A DNA stretch of 64,000 bases. It comes from Clostridia bacterium (lineage in GTDB: Bacteria > Bacillota > Clostridia > Oscillospirales > CAG-272). The stretch covers positions 240,917-304,916 of the forward strand of contig JAFUJB010000016.1 of assembly GCA_017473865.1 (NCBI GenBank), read 5' to 3'. Below, one piece after another: positions 34,103 through 42,551 of this stretch (the stretch's first letter is position 1; each line of letters begins with the position of its first letter). The translations under genes and the position numbers were made by a program. The notes under the pieces were generated by a model. The model was given only the letters and a program-made list of their open reading frames with translations, made no database searches and had not been told where the DNA came from.

Positions 34103-35455
34103 ATGTTAATAAAAGTTGTTGTAGATAACTTTTTATCTTTTAATAAGGAAACCGAATTAACAATGATTCCTTCGAATAAAACTAGAAAAAAGTCGGAACA
34201 TAAAGTCAAAGTTAAGAGCACACCCATGCTTAAATATGCTGTTGTTTATGGTGCTAATGCATCAGGAAAGTCTAATCTTATAGAAGTTTTTCAATTTATA
34301 AAATATTGTGTAGAAAAAACTATTCCTATAGAAGCTATTTCTAAGTTTTGTAAAACTAATAAATCTAATATTGATAAACCGAGTCTTTTTGAACTTCAAT
34401 TCACGGTAGGAAATAAGTTTTATGCGTATGGGTTTTCTATTGTTTTAAATACTAGGACAATTGAATCTGAATGGTTATATGAACTCTATCAAAACGGAAC
34501 ACAAAAAACATTATTTGAAAGAGAGAAAGGAAAAAAACCTGTTATTGGGGAAGATATAAACCTAACTGATTCTGATAACGCAAAATTAACAACTTACCTT
34601 GAGGATTTTGAAGAAAATTCAAGCTCTTTATTTTTAACTATAATGAATCGCGGAAAGAAATATGCTTACGATTCTAAGTTGCTTTTCTTTAAAGAAGTCT
34701 ACGAATGGATAAGTAAAAATTTGATTATTGTAACTCCAAATACTTCACTCAGAAGTTTTGAATATTATTATGATAATGCTTCATTAAGTTTGATTAGCGA
34801 TTTAATTAAAACATTTGATACAGGTATAACTGAGGTTAATGTTGTAGAAATCTCTATGGAAGAGCTTGGAAAGGAACTTCCTCCCCCTATTTTTGAGAGT
34901 ATTATTTCGGATATTAAAGAAAAAACAGAAGATGAAAAGAATATTGAAATAAAGCTATCCATGCGTTCTGATCGTAGTTTCTTTAATATTGAAGTCAAAA
35001 AAGGGCAACCACCCAAAATTACTACTATCTCATTAAAACACGGAAAGTCATTTTATAAATTTAAGTATGAGGAAGAGTCGGATGGTACAAGAAGACTGTT
35101 TGACTTGTTAGATATACTTTTAAACAAAACAAATGATACTGTATATATTGTAGATGAAATGGAAAGAAGTCTACACCCGAAACTCACATCAAGATTTATT
35201 GAGCTTTTTGACAAGATTCATTTATCGAATAATATGCAATTAATTTTTACTACACATGAATCATCAATAATGGACCAAAAACTATTTAGAAGAGATGAGA
35301 TTTGGTTTGTAGAACGTAACAATGAAAATGTTAGTAGTATATACTCTTTAGACAAGTTTAAAGAAAGATACGACAAAAAACTAAGTAAGGCATATTTAGA
35401 AGGTAGATATGGTGCTATACCCGTATTCACTGCATTTAAATTTACGGGGGAATAA
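34103..35455 (+). CDS. AAA-family ATPase (AAA_21/ABC-like), AbiLi-like defence ATPase
   Basis: Walker A YGANASGKSNLIE. Walker B/D-loop VYIVDEMERSLHP. 450 aa. Translationally coupled to the downstream RloB-like gene (stop at 35455, ATG at 35458). Confidence 0.8.
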   Translation: MLIKVVVDNFLSFNKETELTMIPSNKTRKKSEHKVKVKSTPMLKYAVVYGANASGKSNLIEVFQFIKYCVEKTIPIEAISKFCKTNKSNIDKPSLFELQFTVGNKFYAYGFSIVLNTRTIESEWLYELYQNGTQKTLFEREKGKKPVIGEDINLTDSDNAKLTTYLEDFEENSSSLFLTIMNRGKKYAYDSKLLFFKEVYEWISKNLIIVTPNTSLRSFEYYYDNASLSLISDLIKTFDTGITEVNVVEISMEELGKELPPPIFESIISDIKEKTEDEKNIEIKLSMRSDRSFFNIEVKKGQPPKITTISLKHGKSFYKFKYEEESDGTRRLFDLLDILLNKTNDTVYIVDEMERSLHPKLTSRFIELFDKIHLSNNMQLIFTTHESSIMDQKLFRRDEIWFVERNNENVSSIYSLDKFKERYDKKLSKAYLEGRYGAIPVFTAFKFTGE

Positions 35456-35457
35456 TT

Positions 35458-36183
35458 ATGGCACCAATTCGAACTTATACAGACTGGAATACTCGCCCAT
35501 CAAATAAAGAAAAACAAATTGAACCATACAAGCACTACTATTTTATATGCGAAGGTCAAAACACTGAAAAATGGTACTTTGAGAGATTTATTGATATGAA
35601 AAAGCAGTTTTCTATTTCTGCATTAATTAGTATTCAATATCTCGAAAAGACTGAAGAGCATGAGACATGGTCTGATCCTAAGAAATTGTATGAATTAGCA
35701 GAAACTTGCAGAAAGAGCGGAGATATCTCTTTTGACCCTAAACATGATACTATGATTATAGTTTTTGATGCAGATATATATGAAAAACGAGAGCCTTCAT
35801 CATTTAATGATTTTATCCTAGAGGCGTCAAAAACCAATACTATTTGTCTGACGAATCCTAGCTTTGAATTGTTTTTGTTGTTACATTATGAGAATTCTTT
35901 TAATGAAATTATATTTCCCAACAAAGACAAAATAATACAAAATGATTGGGTTAATTATGGTACTGAAAAAATACGGTACATAGAGAGTATGTTTAGACAA
36001 AAATCTGGATTACAACCTAAAAAAGATCCATCTATAGCAGATTTAGTTAAAGATGTTTCAAATGCTATTCAGCAAGAGAAAATGTTAAATAATAATATAT
36101 GGTCTTGTAGAGGAAAACTCACATCTAATGTAGGTATAATTATTCAAAATATAATTGATGATAAGTGCGAAGAGTATAGATAA
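35458..36183 (+). CDS. RloB-like protein (AbiLii-like), partner of the AAA ATPase
   Basis: N-terminal YYFICEGQNTEKWYF matches the RloB-family signature (ilIvcEGekTEpnYf). 241 aa. Confidence 0.75.
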   Translation: MAPIRTYTDWNTRPSNKEKQIEPYKHYYFICEGQNTEKWYFERFIDMKKQFSISALISIQYLEKTEEHETWSDPKKLYELAETCRKSGDISFDPKHDTMIIVFDADIYEKREPSSFNDFILEASKTNTICLTNPSFELFLLLHYENSFNEIIFPNKDKIIQNDWVNYGTEKIRYIESMFRQKSGLQPKKDPSIADLVKDVSNAIQQEKMLNNNIWSCRGKLTSNVGIIIQNIIDDKCEEYR

Positions 36184-36341
36184 TTTATTTAACGAATATT
36201 TCTGGTAAATTATTAGCTACAAACAAATCTAAACAGAATAAAAATTATTGTTTTATTATTGTCGGCTTTTTGGTCGGCTCGGTGATAATGATATATAGGC
36301 TGATTAGGCGATGGATTTTATTCTTGAGTTTCTTTAATCAG

Positions 36342-36491
36342 CTCATAACCCGGAGGTAGAGAGCGAAGCGAGCGGCCGAGTGGGAGTGAATGACAGTCCG
36401 GTGGACTGTCAGAGCCACGAGGTGACCGAAGTCAAATTCTCCGCAGAGAATTTGACAAGAACGTGTGGTTCAAGTCCCACCCCCGCAACCA
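36342..36491 (+). pseudogene. Partial 3' copy of tRNA-fMet (anticodon arm through the CCA-proximal end) interrupted by a ~107-nt insertion. Contains the right copy of the direct repeat (36352-36480).
   Basis: gctcataacccggagg + insert + gtgtggttcaagtcccacccccgcaacca. The 5' acceptor, D arm and anticodon 5' stem are missing. Confidence 0.7.
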
Positions 36492-36544
36492 GAAAAAACG
36501 ACAGGTTTTGACCTGTCGTTTTTTCAACGAAATTTGCCATTCGG

Positions 36545-36720
36545 GCAAGTGAAATAGCTTCGCTGTGAAATATTTGCTTTGCAAATGTGAAATGTTCGCA
36601 TGCGCGAACGTGGGCAAATTTCATTTCACATTGCGACGAAGGAGCAATATTTCACAATGTGCTTGGGCACATTATTTCACATTTTGCAGCAAGGCAAAAT
36701 ATTTCACTGAATAATGCATC
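36545..36720. repeat. Array of ~7 GTGAAAT/ATTTCAC iteron-like motifs, 3 forward then 4 reverse (dyad-symmetric array)
   Basis: aGTGAAATag, tGTGAAATattt, tGTGAAATgttcg | aaATTTCATTTCACAttg, atATTTCACAatg, ttATTTCACAttt, atATTTCACtg. Confidence 0.55.
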
Positions 36721-36953
36721 TTTTTCGGCACCTCTACTCAACATTGCGAATCGAAAAAGATATCGGTTCGGAAAACCCAGAAGCCACAACGGTTTCTGGG
36801 TTTTTTCGTGCCATTTTTTAAGGTGCAATTCAAAAGATATCATTTCCCCAAAATGACCTTTGGGGAGGACTTGAACTAAATCTTAAAACAATACCAGTGG
36901 AAAAGTTTAAAGCTTTATGATATAATTAGTTCAATGAATAAGAATTTGTAGGG

Positions 36954-37478
36954 ATGATGAAGATGATTATTTTAATTACCGGAGCATCGCATACAGGCAA
37001 AACTGTACTTGCCCAAAAGTTGCTGGAAAAATTTAAATATCCATATCTGTCCATTGATCACTTGAAGATGGGGTTAATTCGTAGTGGAAACACGAAACTC
37101 ACACCGACAAGTAATGATAGCGATTTGACTTCATACCTGTGGCCAATTGTTCGTGATATGATAAAAACTGCTGTTGAAAACAAGCAGAACTTAATTGTTG
37201 AAGGTTGCTATATTCCATTCGATTGGCAAAAGGACTTTGACTCTGAATATCTTGAAAACATTAAATATTTCTGCCTCGTAATGAGTGAAGAATATATCAG
37301 AAACCACTTTGCTGACATAAAGAAATATGCAAATACCATTGAAAACCGTTTGGATGATGAATGGTGTACAATGGAGAGTGTGTTGGGAGATAATGCAGAA
37401 ATGTTAGACCTCGCACAAAAGTATAATGTGAACTATATACTCATTGAAGATAAGTACGAAATCAATATTGATTTATAG
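36954..37478 (+). CDS. P-loop NTPase / AAA_33-like small kinase
   Basis: Walker A ILITGASHTGKT. 174 aa. No further specific motif recognised. Confidence 0.45.
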   Translation: MMKMIILITGASHTGKTVLAQKLLEKFKYPYLSIDHLKMGLIRSGNTKLTPTSNDSDLTSYLWPIVRDMIKTAVENKQNLIVEGCYIPFDWQKDFDSEYLENIKYFCLVMSEEYIRNHFADIKKYANTIENRLDDEWCTMESVLGDNAEMLDLAQKYNVNYILIEDKYEINIDL

Positions 37479-37898
37479 CAGCAAATTCCGATTTTGTTGG
37501 TCAGTTTTACCTTGATATCTTTTTCGGTGCGACGAGCCAAAACAGAAAAGCACTTCATTCGAAGTGCTTTTCTTGTTTTGGTTGCAATGAAGAGCACCTT
37601 GCGGTGTATGAAAAAGAAAGTGTGCGTTTCGCTTCATACGAGCGAAGCCAATGCTTATTTTTCATTGAAAATAATAAAATAATATGCTATACTGAATTTA
37701 GAAAAATGGTGTAAAATAAGCGTAGCGAAAATATGAAGGTAGTTTGCAAACGTTTTTTTGATAGTGATATGACACCGAAACAAGTTGCAGAGTGCATAGA
37801 CGTACCAATAAAATTCGTAAACGCTTGTATGCGTTAAATCATAGTTTGCTGCCTTACGTTTGGTTGCGTTCAATAATTGAAAGGAAGTATTTGCATAG

Positions 37899-38300
37899 AT
37901 GAAAAACAAGAAAACATTAGAAGAAGTAAGAAAAATATTTGAAGGAGACCGATTTGCAACTGAAAACGGAGCTGTGATAGAAAAAATCGGAGACCACAGC
38001 GCTACCTGTAGTTTGGTAATTACAGATTTACATCGCAATGCTATGGGCGCAGTAATGGGTGGAACATACTTTATGTTGGCGGATTTTGCTTTTGCGGTTG
38101 CAGCTAACTGGGAAAACATGGGATGCGTATCATTACATTCTGACATTTCTTTTTTGGGTGTTGCTAAGGGTAAAAAGCTGATAGCAAACGCAGTTTGTAT
38201 AAAAGACGGAAAGAGTACGGCTTGCTATCGTGTGGACTTAACGGATAATTTAGGAAATCTGACAGCCACAGTAACCACAACGGGATATTATGTCAGATAA
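37899..38300 (+). CDS. PaaI-family hotdog-fold thioesterase
   Basis: NGAVIEKIGDHSATCSLVITDLHRNAMGAVMGGTYFMLADFAFAVAAN. 133 aa. Confidence 0.8.
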   Translation: MKNKKTLEEVRKIFEGDRFATENGAVIEKIGDHSATCSLVITDLHRNAMGAVMGGTYFMLADFAFAVAANWENMGCVSLHSDISFLGVAKGKKLIANAVCIKDGKSTACYRVDLTDNLGNLTATVTTTGYYVR

Positions 38301-38749
38301 TTATAGTGGATTTTTAGATATGCTAAAAAATATCTAAATCTGTGCAACTTTACAAGTCAAGCCTGGGTAAATTATTTTACCTAGGCTGTTTTCTTGCCTT
38401 TTTTTAAGTAGAACGTAGGAGATATTCTTCCGCACAAAGCGGCTTTTGAGGAGAAACTGAGCAAAAAATACAAATTTTTTCGCCTTTGCAAGTGTTACTT
38501 GACAAAAGCAAGTGAAATATTCTTTTATTTTATACGACTTTTTGCTATAATTTAATCAAGCAAAAGTAGGTGACTTTATGATAGTTGGTGAGATAATTTT
38601 AAAATACACAGAATAATCACGTTTGCCATAGTCCCAAATAGAGAGTTAAAAAATAATGCATAAATTTTTAAAAAATCATTAAACCACTATTGACAATCAC
38701 TTGACCGTGTGGTAATATATCTATAGAGATTACAAGATAGGAGGGGTGG

Positions 38750-39304
38750 ATGACGGTGAGATATCCCGGAACAACAATAGAAGTTCTTGCATTGCAAAAA
38801 GGCAGTTCCAAGTTGCTGTTTGATGGTATATTTGCTGCAGGAGGCATTACGCTTTCTCAGGTTTCGATTATGACGGGACTTGAACCATATCTTATTCAGA
38901 ACTGGGTTAAGCGAAAATTCGTCAGTTCCCCCGTTAGAAAATTGTATTCAAAAGAGCAGTTTGCAAGAATTATTATTATAAATATGTTAAGAGAGTCACT
39001 GCAAATTGAATCCATCTGTAGTCTTTTGCAGGTAATAGGCGGAGAGGTTGATAATGAATTTGACGATCTAATAAAAGACGATGAGCTTTACCATCGGTAT
39101 TTTGATATGATTTGCGACGGTGAGATTGACATATCTGACAGATCAGTTGTTTTAAAAGCGGCACAAAATGCTGCGCAGAGCTTTGAAGAAAAGATTCCCG
39201 CAGACAAGCAAAAGCTTGTAAGGATATTGCAAATTATGCTCTATGCTCATACTGCCTCAAAGCTTCGCGACTCGGCAAAAGAGATACTTTCAACTCTGCA
39301 ATAG
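38750..39304 (+). CDS. DUF1836-family protein (MerR-like HTH)
   Basis: GGITLSQVSIMTGLEPYLIQNWVKRKFV…QFARIIIINMLRESLQI. Preceded by TTGACA-17-TAATAT at ~38691-38719. Confidence 0.55.
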   Translation: MTVRYPGTTIEVLALQKGSSKLLFDGIFAAGGITLSQVSIMTGLEPYLIQNWVKRKFVSSPVRKLYSKEQFARIIIINMLRESLQIESICSLLQVIGGEVDNEFDDLIKDDELYHRYFDMICDGEIDISDRSVVLKAAQNAAQSFEEKIPADKQKLVRILQIMLYAHTASKLRDSAKEILSTLQ

Positions 39305-39328
39305 TAATTGTAGGAAGGGGTAATTTAA

Positions 39329-39955
39329 ATGTTTTTAGTTGAATGGTGGAATTCATTAGGTTTGGCATCGCAGATATTGTACTGCATCGCTATCCCCTCA
39401 ACATTAGTATTGTTGATACAAACATTGCTTATGTTTTTGGGATTCGACAACGACGTTGACGGCGATATTGAAATTGATGCTCCCGATGCTGATTTTGATA
39501 ATGACGTCTTCGGGCAAGACATTGATATTGATAACGTATCAGGTCTCGAAAGTCTACATATTTTTACCGTAAGAGGAATACTTGCCTTCTTTGTTATATT
39601 CGGATGGGTAGGTATTGTAATGCAGTCTGCGGATATAAATCTGCCTGTTACGTTGATTGTTGCTACGGTTTGCGGTTTTGCAATGATGGTAGTGATAGCA
39701 TATTTATTTAAAATGGTTATGCGGCTAAAAAGCGACGGAACTGCTGATAACCGCAACGCATTGGGAACTGCCGGAAAGGTATATCTTACCATCCCCCCCT
39801 CGCGTTCAGGCGAGGGAAAAGTCAACATTATGCTCCAAGGAGCCTATGTTGAAAGAAATGCCGTTACCGATGAAACTGAATGTATCCCCACGGGCAGCGA
39901 GATAATCGTTGTCGGAACAAGCGGGCAAACAAGTCTCATCGTTAAACGAAAATAA
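39329..39955 (+). CDS. NfeD-like membrane protein (short OB-fold form), flotillin partner
   Basis: TM helices, an acidic DxD-rich linker, and a C-terminal OB-like GKVYLTIPPSRSGEGKVNIMLQGAYVE. Immediately upstream of the flotillin gene. Confidence 0.7.
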   Translation: MFLVEWWNSLGLASQILYCIAIPSTLVLLIQTLLMFLGFDNDVDGDIEIDAPDADFDNDVFGQDIDIDNVSGLESLHIFTVRGILAFFVIFGWVGIVMQSADINLPVTLIVATVCGFAMMVVIAYLFKMVMRLKSDGTADNRNALGTAGKVYLTIPPSRSGEGKVNIMLQGAYVERNAVTDETECIPTGSEIIVVGTSGQTSLIVKRK

Positions 39956-39980
39956 ATTTTATTAAACGGAGGAAGTTTTT

Positions 39981-41426
39981 ATGAATCCTGAAGTCATCTT
40001 TTTAATTTCTGCAGCAGTGCTGATTTTGGTATCATTCCTTGTATGGATATGCTCCAGATATAAAAAATGTCCTTCTGACAAAATTATGGTTGTATACGGT
40101 TCTATTGGTAAAAACGTTGATGGCTCTAACCGCAGTGCAAAGTGTATTCACGGCGGCGCGGAGTTTATCATTCCTGTTTTCCAATCATATTCGTATTTGG
40201 ACCTGACTCCTATTTCTATTCAAGTTGACCTTAAAAATGCGCTCTCTAAGCAGAACATCCGAATTGACGTTCCTTCAAGATTTACTGTTGGAATTTCCAC
40301 AGAACCCGGAGTTATGCAAAATGCGGCAGAACGTCTTTTAGGACTTCAGCTTTCTGAAATACAGGAGCTTTCAAAAGATATTATATTCGGTCAGTTGCGA
40401 CTTATCATTGCAACGATGGATATCGAAGAAATCAACACTAACCGCGACAAATTCCTTGCAGCTGTCAGCGAAAACGTTGAGAGCGAACTTAAAAAGATCG
40501 GTCTCCGTCTTATCAACGTTAACGTTACTGACATTAGCGATGAGTCGGGCTACATAGCTGCTCTTGGTAAGGAAGCGGCAGCAAAAGCTATCAACGATGC
40601 GAAGAAGAGCGTTGCAGAGCAAGACAGAGAAGGTTCTATTGGCGAAGCCAACGCCAAAAAGGAACAGAGAATTGAAGTATCTAAGGCAGATTCACTTGCA
40701 ATTGAAGGTGAAAACGAAGCCAAGATGAAGATTGCAATGTCTGATGCTGCTCTCAGAGAAAAGCAGGCAGAAGCCCTTAAAATAGCAACAGCCGCAGAAA
40801 AAACTCAGGCAGCAAAGGCTTTGGAAGAATCTTATGCAGCTGAACAATCCGCAGAAAGAGCCAGACGCGATAAAGAACAGGCAACGCTGGAAGCTGACGT
40901 TATCGTTCGTGCAGAAGCGAAAAAGAAAGAATTGGAAATTGCGGCTGAAGCAGAGGCTGAGCAGATCCGCAGAAAAGCAAAAGGTGAAGCAGACGCTATA
41001 TTTGCAAAAATGGAAGCTGAAGCTCGCGGTGTTGAAGAAATTCTTAAAAAGCAAGCTGCAGGTTTTGCAGAGGTTGTTAAGTCTGCAGGCGGCGACGCGG
41101 ATGCCGCACTTAAGCTCCTTATAGCTGACAAACTTGAAGATCTTATGCGCGTTCAGGTTGAGGCTGTTAAGAATATCAAGATAGATAAAGTTACTGTTTG
41201 GGACGGCGGAAGAAACGACGATGGAAAAACCTCCACAGCAAACTTTATTTCGGGTATGATGAAGTCGGTTCCGCCTCTTGATGAAGTGTTCGCGATGGCA
41301 GGTATGCAGTTACCCTCGCTTCTCGGTCAAAAGATTCCCGAAGGCACCGCTGAAACTTCAAATGTTTCCAAGGCTGATGACAATGTTATTGTTGAGACAG
41401 TTAAGGAAACCGACGATGATAAATAA
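39981..41426 (+). CDS. floT: Flotillin-family SPFH/band-7 protein (FloT/YuaG-like)
   Basis: N-terminal TM, an SPFH domain, and a long Ala/Glu-rich coiled coil (EA repeats). 481 aa. Confidence 0.85.
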   Translation: MNPEVIFLISAAVLILVSFLVWICSRYKKCPSDKIMVVYGSIGKNVDGSNRSAKCIHGGAEFIIPVFQSYSYLDLTPISIQVDLKNALSKQNIRIDVPSRFTVGISTEPGVMQNAAERLLGLQLSEIQELSKDIIFGQLRLIIATMDIEEINTNRDKFLAAVSENVESELKKIGLRLINVNVTDISDESGYIAALGKEAAAKAINDAKKSVAEQDREGSIGEANAKKEQRIEVSKADSLAIEGENEAKMKIAMSDAALREKQAEALKIATAAEKTQAAKALEESYAAEQSAERARRDKEQATLEADVIVRAEAKKKELEIAAEAEAEQIRRKAKGEADAIFAKMEAEARGVEEILKKQAAGFAEVVKSAGGDADAALKLLIADKLEDLMRVQVEAVKNIKIDKVTVWDGGRNDDGKTSTANFISGMMKSVPPLDEVFAMAGMQLPSLLGQKIPEGTAETSNVSKADDNVIVETVKETDDDK

Positions 41427-41677
41427 ATTTATATAAAAGTTATTTTATAATCGGCAGAGGTAACAACACCTCTGCCGTAATTCTTTGTATGGTATAACCC
41501 TTACCTACGTAGTAATCCTTATGATAAGGAGCGTAAATAAAGTTTTTATATCTGTAAGATAGATTTGCAGCGCGCGAGACGTATAGCAATCAAGTTTTGC
41601 CTTAAAACAAAAGGATTGACAAGGCGTTGTATGCAAAGTATAATAATTATATAACAAAAATAGGAGGCACTCCCAAT

Positions 41678-42169
41678 ATGAATACAATTAAGGCAATACC
41701 TATTACAAATGAAGCATTTGCACCTTTCGGTCAGTTTTATCAGATGGACGCACCCCAGGGTTATGCGCTTTGCGGTGAGATTCACAGATTCTTTCCCGAT
41801 CGCTTAGTTGCAGACAGTCAGCATAGAGTCGGCTATTCTCCCATTCTTGTGAAGAAGCCTGAAAAAATGATTATCACTCAGCAAGAGTATCATAACACTA
41901 CTTGGGAAATGATTATACCGTTAAATGATGACATGATCATTCACGTGGCACCCGCATCTGCCGGAACTCCGATACCTGAATTTGCTCAGGCGTTTATTGT
42001 TCCTAAGGGCGCGTTGGTTAAAATTAACACAGCTATCTGGCATTTAGCACCTTTACCCGTAAATAAGGAAGAATTGGCTGCTATGATCATTCTGCCGGAA
42101 TGTACCTATGCCAACGACTGCACAGTTGTAGATTTTAAACCCGAACAATATTTTGAAATCGTACTGTAA
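41678..42169 (+). CDS. Ureidoglycolate lyase-like cupin protein
   Basis: IKAIPITNEAFAPFGQFYQMD resembles the ureidoglycolate lyase N-terminus (PLT-EAFAPYG-VI). Start taken at the ATG at 41678, 11 nt after TAGGAGG. Confidence 0.5.
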   Translation: MNTIKAIPITNEAFAPFGQFYQMDAPQGYALCGEIHRFFPDRLVADSQHRVGYSPILVKKPEKMIITQQEYHNTTWEMIIPLNDDMIIHVAPASAGTPIPEFAQAFIVPKGALVKINTAIWHLAPLPVNKEELAAMIILPECTYANDCTVVDFKPEQYFEIVL

Positions 42170-42551
42170 GTTGTTTTTGCGCTCAACTAACAGAACGCAG
42201 AAATACGGCGATATTTAAATATGTTATGCTTGCCAAAGAACCTCGGATGTATTCCGAGGTTCTTTTATACAATTATATAATAATTCACTTCTTGCCAATC
42301 AATATAGTGTTTTTGAAAAAGTAAATTAGTATACTGTGAATTCTGTTATATATCAATACAAAACAGGTTCTTTTGTTATATCAAAGGGACTGGATAAACA
42401 TAACTTTTTTTAAAAATAAGGACACTTTTTTAGTCAAAAGCAGACCTTGATTACTGAAAAAAAGAATGTTATTATATATTCGTACGGTGGTTACTGTTTA
42501 GTTTCCACAGCACACTGAAAACCTAAATTTTTATAATAGGAGATATTGATT

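Noticed and set aside
40692-41131. Three overlapping ORFs (plus and minus strands) within the flotillin coiled-coil region
   Set aside because: They are generated by the repetitive GCA/GAA (Ala/Glu) coding repeats of the flotillin gene. They have no independent signals.
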